IMG/VR virus record: IMGVR_UViG_3300044645_001189
Coordinates: 1-43,130 of that record
DNA length: 43,130 nucleotides
DNA from: a virus
Taxonomy: Duplodnaviria; Caudoviricetes
Reading direction: 5' to 3' (one strand)
Below are positions 35,220 through 43,130 of the stretch, piece by piece (the first letter of the stretch is position 1; every line of letters starts with the position of its first letter). A program made the position numbers and the translations under genes. The notes under the pieces were generated by a model, which saw only the letters and a program-made list of their open reading frames with translations, had not been told where the DNA came from and did no database searches.

Positions 35220-35474
35220 TCAGTGAAAAAGTGTCTCGGCGTAAGGCTCTGCAAGGGCAAGGGCTGCAGTGTCTTCGTCTAGGGACGGGTAACGCTTGCA
35301 CAAAGCCCGGACCTCATCAATGAAAGTGTCAGCTTCGTCGCCTTGCATGAAAACACCATCTGTGCCAGGTGCATCAATGGACACCCACGAAAACGGGGAG
35401 TTGATATCGACCGTGACACCACTAGCGCGCTGGCGCGCAGCAGCTTCACGGATAAATTTTGTTGCTCGTGTCAT
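35220..35474 (-). CDS. Hypothetical protein
   Basis: GAGGTG RBS. Confidence 0.7.
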   Translation of the reverse strand: MTRATKFIREAAARQRASGVTVDINSPFSWVSIDAPGTDGVFMQGDEADTFIDEVRALCKRYPSLDEDTAALALAEPYAETLFH

Positions 35475-35483
35475 GGTGTCACC

Positions 35484-35738
35484 TCAGGCGAGAGCTTCGG
35501 AAACGCGGGACACTTCCCCGTGTTCTGCATCATCCCAAGGGGTGATAAACGCGCACGTTGCACCGGAGCGGGAATCGTACCGATCACAGCCCACGGACCG
35601 AAAGCCTAGGCCACTGTCCCGATTGACGCGGATCAAGGCGCCACGGGCGGATGAGGCCCGGACCTTGTGGCGGGTAACCCACGAATAGTTAGCTTCACCG
35701 CCGAAGGTGTCCGTGATTTCAACGAAAAAATTTTGCAT
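35484..35738 (-). CDS. Hypothetical phage protein
   Basis: VEITDTFGGEANYSWV motif. Confidence 0.7.
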   Translation of the reverse strand: MQNFFVEITDTFGGEANYSWVTRHKVRASSARGALIRVNRDSGLGFRSVGCDRYDSRSGATCAFITPWDDAEHGEVSRVSEALA

Positions 35739-35763
35739 GGTGGTTCTCATGTAGTGGTTAGGT

Positions 35764-35940
35764 TTACTCGTCGCCCGAGATACAAACGGCGTCCACCGGC
35801 AACGTAAGAACGACCGCGAAGCCCCTGGTTTCGTTGAAACCGGCGCGCCCTGCGGCGTCCAGCGCTTGCCAGGACGCATCAGCGTAGAACCACTCGGCGG
35901 TCTTTGGATCGCCAGCTTCCACGATTAGAAAAGCTTTCAT
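35764..35940 (-). CDS. Hypothetical protein, first early gene
   Basis: AAGGA RBS before MKAFLIV. Confidence 0.55.
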   Translation of the reverse strand: MKAFLIVEAGDPKTAEWFYADASWQALDAAGRAGFNETRGFAVVLTLPVDAVCISGDE

Positions 35941-35985
35941 GTTCGTTCCTTTGTAGAGCACTCCAACATAGAGCGCTTAGGGAGC

Positions 35986-36028
35986 ATTGTGGTCCTTCCA
36001 TGGCCCTTGTCACTAGGGACAAACCCTC
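35986..36028 (-). promoter_or_regulatory. Putative early promoter with upstream box
   Basis: GTGACA-16-CACAAT with TAGGGACAAACCCTC box abutting the -35. Confidence 0.45.
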
Positions 36029-36160
36029 ATGTATAAACGTACAGTGCGAGCCCTGGGAAGTGGCCGGAGACCGCCCGCAACGAGCGTAGCGAGTAGCAGT
36101 CCTATTGCTTTCCTCCCCTGTTCCCCTATACTGTATAGAACCCCAGTAGGGAATACACCA

Positions 36161-36814
36161 ATGAAACTGTCTCGAAAGACTCTAGAGAAAGCAGCCAAGG
36201 AACTACCCCCGAGTGCTTACCTCGGCAAAGCCGTTTCTGATGGCCTCACTACAAAACAGAGAAACTTCGCACGGGCTGTAGCTATGGGAGCCACCAAAGC
36301 CGACGCATTCCGGGCCAGCTATGACGCCACCAGTAAGCACACTTTAACCCGCCACCCGTACATTCTTATGCGTGACGAAAGAATCCAAAAAGAAATCGAC
36401 GCTTACGCCCTGGCGATTGAAGCCGAGAAACACAGAACCCCTGCCGCGCTTCGCTCTTTGGTCATTAAAGGCTTGGTGGAAATAGCATTGAAGGATGACA
36501 CCAAAGACGCTGTGCGCCTACAGGCTCTCAAGACTATTGGCCAGATCACGGAGGTTCATGCGTTCACCGAGCACAAGGAGACGCGGGTAATAACGTCCAG
36601 TGAGGATGCCCGAGCCCGTGTAATGTCTGAGCTACGGGGCCTCATTACTTCTAGCTCCACTGACGCGACCATCATCGAGGCAGACGCGGACTCACTGCTA
36701 GCAGAGCTTAGCGTTAAATTTAACGCTGCAGCCGAGGGAAACGAGACGGCGCCAGACGCAGACCCACCCACCGGGCACCCCCCCGATGGCGCAGCAGGAG
36801 TCCCGCGTCCTTAA
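36161..36814 (+). CDS. terS: Terminase small subunit
   Basis: LTTKQRNFARAVAMGATKADAFRASY HTH, helical core; upstream of terL; preceded by TTGCTT-16-TATACT. Confidence 0.7.
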   Translation: MKLSRKTLEKAAKELPPSAYLGKAVSDGLTTKQRNFARAVAMGATKADAFRASYDATSKHTLTRHPYILMRDERIQKEIDAYALAIEAEKHRTPAALRSLVIKGLVEIALKDDTKDAVRLQALKTIGQITEVHAFTEHKETRVITSSEDARARVMSELRGLITSSSTDATIIEADADSLLAELSVKFNAAAEGNETAPDADPPTGHPPDGAAGVPRP

Positions 36815-37182
36815 ACATACTATTCCACTCGAACCGTCCCTCATTCCACTCAAACCACCCCATGTCACTCACCGTTAAATTTAACGCTCCCCTGCCATTA
36901 AATTTAACGCTCGCCAGACCCCACCCCCTCGATCTGGCGACACCCCCCCGGTCAGTCTTTCTACAAAAAGTGGTGGGGGGTAGCAAAAATTTTGGGGCTA
37001 AATTTTGGTGCCGTTAAATTTAACGGATGACATAAACTGGTTTAACAAACGTGGCTAAGTCTATGATTTGTAAAGGTTTTTTGCTTGTTGTGGTGTTAAG
37101 GTGTGTGCTTGATGCTTAACGTGCCGTTAAATTTAACGGAAGTAAAGTAACGCTTTAAGAGTGTGCGCTAAGTTGTTGATTT
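36710..37182. repeat. Five copies of palindrome CGTTAAATTTAACG plus IHF-like sites; putative pac/terminus region
   Basis: Copies at 36710-36727, 36873-36886, 36898-36909 (partial), 37011-37026, 37124-37139; TAAGTTGTTGATTT at 37169-37182 matches WATCAANNNNTTR on the minus strand. Confidence 0.85.
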
Positions 37183-37185
37183 GTA

Positions 37186-37503
37186 ATGGAAAACGTCAAG
37201 AAGTGGCGCACGAAGAAGGTGTTGCAGAGTCCTCTGAGGAAGGTGTACGGGTCCAAGGAGGAGGTATTGGAGATGGGGATGACTGAGGCTCAGAAGGAAG
37301 TGTTTTTGGCTATAGATGTGTGGTGGTGCCGGTTTGGGTACGGGCCGAGCCTGAGGAATATTTGTGAGTTGCGGGGTAAGCCTGGGCTGGGGAGTACAAA
37401 GAAAATCGTAGATAGGTTGGTGAAGCTAGGTGCTTTGAAGAGGGTTGAGGGGATGGGAAGGTCTGTTCGTCCGACGTACATTTCATTCCGGGGGATGGAA
37501 TGA
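37186..37503 (+). CDS. LexA-type DNA-binding domain protein without peptidase domain
   Basis: MTEAQKEVFLAI...GYGPSLRNIC...STKKIVDRLVKLGALKR...RSV. Confidence 0.8.
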   Translation: MENVKKWRTKKVLQSPLRKVYGSKEEVLEMGMTEAQKEVFLAIDVWWCRFGYGPSLRNICELRGKPGLGSTKKIVDRLVKLGALKRVEGMGRSVRPTYISFRGME

Positions 37504-38990
37504 AGTTAGATGATCTAGTGGCGAGTCTGTCTCCTGCGGATCAGGAGAAGCTGTTACAGCAGGTACAAGATTACAAGGATGCTGTGGACAGGGAGAAGTG
37601 TCAGAAGAGCTTCATGGCGTATGTGAAGAAGATGTGGCCGGGGTTTATTCATGGCCGACACCATGCGGTGATGGCTAAGAAGTTTGAGGAGATCGCGGAA
37701 GGTAAGTTGAAGAGGCTGATCATAAATTTGGGGCCTCGGCATACGAAGAGCCAGTTTGCTTCGTACTTGCTTCCAAGCTGGTTCCTTGGGAAGTTCCCGC
37801 ACAAGAAAGTGATTCAGGCGTCGAACACTGCTGATCTGGCTGTAAATTTTGGCCGGCAGGTTCGTAACTTGGTTGGGTCTGAGGAGTACGCCAGAATTTT
37901 TCCTGGCGTTGCGCTACGGCAAGACTCAAAATCTGCTGGCCGATGGGCTACAAGCAAAAACGGTGAATACTTTGCTATCGGTGTCGGCGGCACGATGACT
38001 GGTAAGGGTGCTGACCTTCTTATCATTGACGACCCTCATTCAGAACAGGAAGCTGCTTTGGCCGCTGGCAGACCAGAGGTCTATGACTCTGTGTTTGAGT
38101 GGTACTCATCTGGCCCGCGTCAGCGTCTCCAACCGGGTGGGGCTATAGTAGTTGTTATGACCAGATGGTCCAAGTCGGACTTAACAGGCAGGATACTGAA
38201 GACCGCTGGCGAGTTAGGAAAAGAAGACGAGTGGGAAGTCATTGAACTCCCGGCGATCATGCCCTCGGGTAAACCTCTATGGCCTGAGTTTTGGTCGTAT
38301 GAGGAGCTGTCTGCTCTAAGGGACGAACTCCCACCGGGTAAGTGGAACGCTCAGTACCAGCAAAATCCCACCGCCGAAGAAGGAGCTATTGTCAAAAGAG
38401 AGTGGTGGAAGATTTGGGAGAAGGAGAAGCCTCCTTCTTGTGAGTTCATCATCCAGTCTTGGGACACTGCTTTTACTAAAGGTGAAAGAAACGACTACTC
38501 TGCGTGTACTACGTGGGGTGTGTTCAACATGAACGAAGATGAAAATGACGTAAATATCATCTTGTTGGACTGTTTTCAGAAGCGGATGGAGTTCCCTGAA
38601 CTAAAAGAAAAAGCACTTGCTCACTATAGAGAGTGGGAACCTGATGCTTTCATCGTGGAAGCTAAAGCAGCGGGTGCTCCGCTAATCTTTGAACTGCGGG
38701 CGATGGGCATTCCGGTGTCTGAATACACCCCAAGTAGAGGGAACGACAAGTTTGTCCGTATCAATTCTGTGGCAGACCTGTTCCAATCGGGTAAAGTCTG
38801 GGCTCCAGACACCCGGTGGGCTAGAGAACTCATCGAAAACATGGCCGCTTTCCCGAACGCACCCCATGATGACGATGTTGACAGTGCTGTTCAGGCTCTG
38901 ATCCGCTTCCGGCAGGGTGGTTTCCTGCGTCTACAGACAGACGAACAGGACGAAATGCGGTCTTTCAAGCGCAAAGTCGCTTTCTACTAA
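37500..38990 (+). CDS. terL: Terminase large subunit
   Basis: RLIINLGPRHTKS, LLIIDDP, VMTRW, AQYQQNP, QSWDTA, DYSA, HDDDVDS. Confidence 0.96.
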   Translation: MKLDDLVASLSPADQEKLLQQVQDYKDAVDREKCQKSFMAYVKKMWPGFIHGRHHAVMAKKFEEIAEGKLKRLIINLGPRHTKSQFASYLLPSWFLGKFPHKKVIQASNTADLAVNFGRQVRNLVGSEEYARIFPGVALRQDSKSAGRWATSKNGEYFAIGVGGTMTGKGADLLIIDDPHSEQEAALAAGRPEVYDSVFEWYSSGPRQRLQPGGAIVVVMTRWSKSDLTGRILKTAGELGKEDEWEVIELPAIMPSGKPLWPEFWSYEELSALRDELPPGKWNAQYQQNPTAEEGAIVKREWWKIWEKEKPPSCEFIIQSWDTAFTKGERNDYSACTTWGVFNMNEDENDVNIILLDCFQKRMEFPELKEKALAHYREWEPDAFIVEAKAAGAPLIFELRAMGIPVSEYTPSRGNDKFVRINSVADLFQSGKVWAPDTRWARELIENMAAFPNAPHDDDVDSAVQALIRFRQGGFLRLQTDEQDEMRSFKRKVAFY

Positions 38991-38999
38991 GGATTTGAT

Positions 39000-41447
39000 A
39001 TGGCAACGAACATCTCTCCCGAAATGATGCCCCTTGACATGGGTGTTATGACCGAAGAACCGGCTCTGGAGATTGAAATTGAAGATCCTGAGAGCGTAAA
39101 AATTGGGATTGACGGGGTTGAGATTGAACTGATGCCGGAACCTGAGACGGCAGAGGAGTTTGACGCCAACCTTGCGGAGTACATGGACGAAGGGGAGCTT
39201 CAATCCCTGGCTTCTGAACTTATCGACCTCGTGGATGCGGACATCAACAGTCGCAAAGACTGGACAGAAATGTTTGTCAAGGGCCTAGAGGTTCTTGGCA
39301 TGAAGTATGAGGAGCGTACTGAGCCGTGGAATGGGGCTTGTGGTGTTTACAGCCCTCTTCTGACGGAAGCCGCCATTAGGTTCCAATCAGAGATGATTAC
39401 TGAGACGTTCCCGGCTCAAGGTCCGGTCAAGACGCAGATCATCGGAGCGATTGACCGACTGAAAGAAGAAGCAGCAGAGCGAGTTCGTGACGACATGAAC
39501 TACATGCTGACCGAGCGGATGATTGACTACAGGTCCGAGCATGAGCGGATGCTGTACTCCCTTGGCCTTTCTGGTGCGGCTTTCAAGAAGATCTACCCAA
39601 ATCCCAGTACGGAACTGCCTGCGGCCCCGTTTGTCCCGGCTGAAGACTTGATCATGCCTTACGGGGCGTCAAACGTATATACAGCCGAACGTGTGACTCA
39701 TGTCATGCGCAAAACTGAGAACGAGATCAAGAAACTACAGGTAGCAGAGTTCTACAGGGACGTAGAACTGGGTGAGCCAGTCAGGTTTTTCACTGATATT
39801 GAGAAGAAAAAAGCCGAGGAGCAAGGGTATACCCTTACCGATGATGATCGGTATCAGGTATTGGAGATCCACGTAGACTGGGACATGCCGGGGTACGAAG
39901 ATGAAGTTCCTTTGCCGTATGTGGTCACGGTCGAAAGAGGAACCAACACCGTCCTATCCATCCGGCGAAACTGGAACGAAGACGACGACAAGAAACTCAA
40001 GCGACAGCACTTCGTCCAGTACACGTACATTCCTGGATTCGGGGCTTATGGTCTGGGTTATATCCACCTCATCGGAGGATACGCAAGAGCCGGAACCTCC
40101 ATCATCCGACAGTTGGTGGATGCTGGCACCCTGTCAAATTTGCCGGGTGGCTTGAAGTCCCGAGGGCTTCGGATCAAGGGAGACGACACGCCTATCGCTC
40201 CCGGCGAGTTCAGGGATGTGGACATTCCTTCGGGGAGTGTGCGTGACAACATCATGCCGCTTCCTTACAAGGAGCCAAGCCAAGTTCTCGCAGCTTTGCT
40301 TCAGCAGATTACGGAAGATGGACGCAGGCTTGCTGCAATTGCTGATCTCAAGATCAGTGATATGTCTGCCCAAGCTCCTGTTGGGACGACGCTGGCAATT
40401 TTGGAGCGGCAACTCAAGACAATGAGTGCCGTCCAAGCGCGGGTTCATGCATCTCTTCGCATGGAGTTCAAACTCCTGAAGGGGATAATTCGGGACTTTC
40501 TGCCAACCTCGTACCCGTACACCCCAGAAGGTGGTGATCGTGCGGTTAAACAAGCAGACTACGATCTCGTAGAGGTTATTCCTGTAAGTGATCCAAACGC
40601 AGCCACGATGGCGCAGCGGATCATGCAGTACCAAGCGGCGCTTCAGTTGGCCCAAGGTGCCCCACAAATTTACGACCTTCCTCAACTCCACAGGCAGATG
40701 CTGGAAGTTTTGGGGATCAAGAACGCAGAAAAATTGGTGCCTGTAGAGGACGATCAGAAGCCCCGAGATCCTGTGTCAGAGAACATGAGTTTCCTGACTG
40801 GTAAGCCTACAAAGGCGTTCATTTACCAAGATCATCAAGCGCACATCACGACTCACATGAGCATGATGCAAGACCCGATGATCATGCAAATGATGGGCCA
40901 GAACCCAATGGCGCAGCAGATGATGGGCGCAGTGATGGCTCACATCGCAGAGCACATGGCCTTTGCTTACAGGCAACAAATTGAGCAGCAGCTTGGCGTT
41001 CCAATGACAGCGCCGGATCAGGAGTTGGATGAGCAGACTGAAGTTCAGTTGTCTCGTCTGGTGGCACAAGCGGCTCAACAATTGCTTCAGAGCAACATGG
41101 GTAAAGCCCAGCAGCAGCAAGCCCAGCAACAGGCCCAAGATCCTGCATTGCAAATGGCTCAAGCTGAACTGCAGTTGAAGCAAGCCGAGATGCAGCGCAA
41201 GTCTCAAAACGATCAAATGGACTTCCAAATCGCGCAGCAAAAACTGCAGCTTGAAGCGCAACGCCTGCAACTTGAGGCCCAGAAAAATCAGGGGGAAGAC
41301 CCCCGGCTAAAGGCTATGCGGGCGCAGCAGGAGTTGCAGCAGAAGGAACAAGTCCACCAACAAAAGATGAGGCAGCAGATTCAGTCCGATGCGATCAAAA
41401 CTCGGCAGCAGATGATGCGTCAGCAAAAACCTCAAGCTAAGGAGTAA
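39000..41447 (+). CDS. Portal protein
   Basis: 815 aa directly after terL; EPWNGACGVYSPLL, LVDAGTLSNLPGG, APVGTTLA; long Q-rich coiled-coil C-terminus (P22-like barrel). Confidence 0.88.
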   Translation: MATNISPEMMPLDMGVMTEEPALEIEIEDPESVKIGIDGVEIELMPEPETAEEFDANLAEYMDEGELQSLASELIDLVDADINSRKDWTEMFVKGLEVLGMKYEERTEPWNGACGVYSPLLTEAAIRFQSEMITETFPAQGPVKTQIIGAIDRLKEEAAERVRDDMNYMLTERMIDYRSEHERMLYSLGLSGAAFKKIYPNPSTELPAAPFVPAEDLIMPYGASNVYTAERVTHVMRKTENEIKKLQVAEFYRDVELGEPVRFFTDIEKKKAEEQGYTLTDDDRYQVLEIHVDWDMPGYEDEVPLPYVVTVERGTNTVLSIRRNWNEDDDKKLKRQHFVQYTYIPGFGAYGLGYIHLIGGYARAGTSIIRQLVDAGTLSNLPGGLKSRGLRIKGDDTPIAPGEFRDVDIPSGSVRDNIMPLPYKEPSQVLAALLQQITEDGRRLAAIADLKISDMSAQAPVGTTLAILERQLKTMSAVQARVHASLRMEFKLLKGIIRDFLPTSYPYTPEGGDRAVKQADYDLVEVIPVSDPNAATMAQRIMQYQAALQLAQGAPQIYDLPQLHRQMLEVLGIKNAEKLVPVEDDQKPRDPVSENMSFLTGKPTKAFIYQDHQAHITTHMSMMQDPMIMQMMGQNPMAQQMMGAVMAHIAEHMAFAYRQQIEQQLGVPMTAPDQELDEQTEVQLSRLVAQAAQQLLQSNMGKAQQQQAQQQAQDPALQMAQAELQLKQAEMQRKSQNDQMDFQIAQQKLQLEAQRLQLEAQKNQGEDPRLKAMRAQQELQQKEQVHQQKMRQQIQSDAIKTRQQMMRQQKPQAKE

Positions 41448-41449
41448 AC

Positions 41450-41641
41450 ATGACTACTGCGTTTGACGTAGTTATCAAAGAACTGGAAGAGCGCCGCGAA
41501 ACCATCGCGCAGGCGCTTATCTCAGGTGCGGCAAAAGATTTTGCTGAGTACAAATTCATGACGGGTGAAATCCAGGGTCTTTCACGCGCTCATGCTTTCA
41601 TAACCGACCTTGTGCGAAAGATGGAAAACGACGATGAGTGA
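41450..41641 (+). CDS. Conserved hypothetical protein of the head module
   Basis: AAGGAG RBS; DFAEYKFMTGEIQGL. Confidence 0.75.
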   Translation: MTTAFDVVIKELEERRETIAQALISGAAKDFAEYKFMTGEIQGLSRAHAFITDLVRKMENDDE

Positions 41642-42032
41642 ACTACTCCTGAGCGACGGCCAAAACACAACCGTGTTGCCGCAAACTGATGAGGAAAAGG
41701 CCCGACAAGTGCCTGATCCGGTGACCTACCACTTGCTCTGCGTTCTGCCCAAAGCGGAAAAAGAATACGAAAGTGGGCTGGTCAAAGCAGGGCAGACCAT
41801 GCACTTTGAAGAGGTAATGAGCCCGGTGCTGTATGTCGCCAAGATGGGACCAGACTGCTACAAAGATCCACTGCGCTTCCCCAGTGGGCCTTCGTGCAAA
41901 GTCGGTGACTTTGTGCTGGTTCGTCCCAATTCTGGTACGCGGCTAAAGATCCACGGCCAAGAGTTCCGCATCATCAACGACGATAGCGTTGAAGCGGTCG
42001 TGCAAGATCCCCGTGGCCTGAAGCGGGCATAA
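41634..42032 (+). CDS. GroES/Cpn10-like co-chaperonin
   Basis: SGLV...VAKMGPDCY...CKVGDFVL...GTRLKIHGQEFRIINDDSVEAVV. Confidence 0.85.
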   Translation: MSELLLSDGQNTTVLPQTDEEKARQVPDPVTYHLLCVLPKAEKEYESGLVKAGQTMHFEEVMSPVLYVAKMGPDCYKDPLRFPSGPSCKVGDFVLVRPNSGTRLKIHGQEFRIINDDSVEAVVQDPRGLKRA

Positions 42033-42042
42033 GGAGTAGAAC

Positions 42043-42966
42043 ATGGAATCTTTTAAGTTCCCCGATGAGGTGGAAAAAGAAAAGCCCGTCGAAGAAAAGC
42101 TGGAGATCGAGATCGAAGGAGACACCGAGATCGAGGTCGTAGACGATACGCCTGAAGCAGACCGTGGGCGCAAGCCCATGAAGGAAGCCCCTGCGGAGGT
42201 CACGGACGATGAGCTTGCTCAGTACTCCGAAGGGGTGAAGAAGCGCATCCAGCACTTCTCCAAGGGCTACCACGAAGAGCGCAGAGCCAAAGAATTGGCT
42301 TTGCGTGAGCGTGAAGAAGCAGTGCGCCTCGCTCAGAACCTCGTGGAAGAGAACAAACGCCTACAGGGCAGTTTGGGCCAGGGGCAGCAGGCTTTGCTTG
42401 AGCAAGCCAAGAAGGTTGTCCAAAACGAGTTGGATCAAGCCAAGCAAAAGTTCAAAGCCGCATATGAAGCGGGGGACTCTGATGCTTTGGTTGAGGCTCA
42501 AGAAGCAATGGCTGCTGCTAAATACAAAGCAGAGCGTGTCAATAATTTCAAGCCAGCAGTTGCACAACCACAAAATACTGTGGTACAACCCAATCCGCGA
42601 CCGGAGCAAACTGTCCGAGTTGATTCCAAAGCCAAAGCGTGGCAAGACGCCAATTCTTGGTTTGGGGCCGATAAGGAAATGACTGCACTTGCTCTGGCAG
42701 TTCATCAAGACCTTGTGGAAAGCGGTGAAGACACAAACAGCGATGAGTACTACGAGAAGATCAATGCTCGTGTACGCAAGCGGTTCCCAGAAGCGTTTAC
42801 CTCTGAGAAGCGTAAGTCGTCGGTTGTGGCTCCTGCCACGCGAAGCACAGCGCCTAGAAAGATCGTGCTGACGCAATCACAAGTTCAAATCGCCAAGCGG
42901 CTCGGACTGACAAATGAGCAGTACGCCCGTGCGGTAGCGGAAGAAATGAGGAAACAAAATGGCTGA
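42043..42966 (+). CDS. Putative capsid scaffolding protein
   Basis: Acidic N-terminus, coiled coil, C-terminal LTQSQVQIAKRLGLTNEQYA; position after portal and GroES-like gene. Confidence 0.7.
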   Translation: MESFKFPDEVEKEKPVEEKLEIEIEGDTEIEVVDDTPEADRGRKPMKEAPAEVTDDELAQYSEGVKKRIQHFSKGYHEERRAKELALREREEAVRLAQNLVEENKRLQGSLGQGQQALLEQAKKVVQNELDQAKQKFKAAYEAGDSDALVEAQEAMAAAKYKAERVNNFKPAVAQPQNTVVQPNPRPEQTVRVDSKAKAWQDANSWFGADKEMTALALAVHQDLVESGEDTNSDEYYEKINARVRKRFPEAFTSEKRKSSVVAPATRSTAPRKIVLTQSQVQIAKRLGLTNEQYARAVAEEMRKQNG

Positions 42967-43130
42967 ACGTAATCCCCGTGAACTGGAAACCCGCGCTAAG
43001 GACGAAAGGCCCAAGCAGTGGATGGTTCCTGATGTGCTTCCCCATGTAAATGAGGAGCCTGGATATGCCATGCGCTGGATTCGTGTGAGTACCCTTGGTA
43101 ACGCCGACCCGCGCAATGTTTCCATGAAAC
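42959..43130 (+). CDS. Hypothetical head-module protein, 3'-truncated
   Basis: GAGG RBS; MAERNPRELETR...PGYAMRWIRVSTLG; open to the window end. Confidence 0.65.
   Translation, partial: MAERNPRELETRAKDERPKQWMVPDVLPHVNEEPGYAMRWIRVSTLGNADPRNVSMK

Noticed and set aside
35170-35235. Hammerhead ribozyme (GATGAG...GAAA)
   Set aside because: No CTGANGA core in the right arrangement; the sequence folds as a simple long hairpin.
37720-37755. Inactive terminase because Walker A reads GPRHTKS
   Set aside because: PRHxKS variants are normal in this terminase group, and the other ATPase and nuclease motifs are intact.

Overview
This window is most of a tailed dsDNA phage genome, probably podovirus-like and opened inside the virion operon. 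A Betaproteobacteria (Burkholderiales) host is my inference only. 1-16 kb (+): four very large virion/ejection-type genes, the last a 2045-aa polyvalent protein with zincin-peptidase, ADP-ribosyltransferase-like and LPD38-like regions. 16-27 kb (mostly -): RepL-like HTH, HNH nuclease, a TGT/DpdA-like gene plus a VUT/YhhQ-like transporter gene bracketed by a 27-bp direct repeat, SSB, Sak-like annealase, PD-(D/E)XK exonuclease and many small genes. 27-30 kb (+): ParB-like, SF2 helicase, TOPRIM primase. 30-36 kb (-): amino-DNA methyltransferase, a structured leader behind a consensus promoter, and an early-type array of small genes joined by a repeated 14-bp AGGACTGACCTATG element. 36-43 kb (+): terS, a putative pac/terminus region with five CGTTAAATTTAACG palindromes, LexA-like HTH, terL, portal, GroES-like, scaffold. 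The most striking theme is that accessory genes are delimited by repeated stop/RBS/start junction sequences (three independent sets), suggesting a cassette-shuffling or co-regulation system. No integrase, DNA polymerase, tRNA or CRISPR array was recognised. All product calls are by-eye motif recognition; no searches were run.
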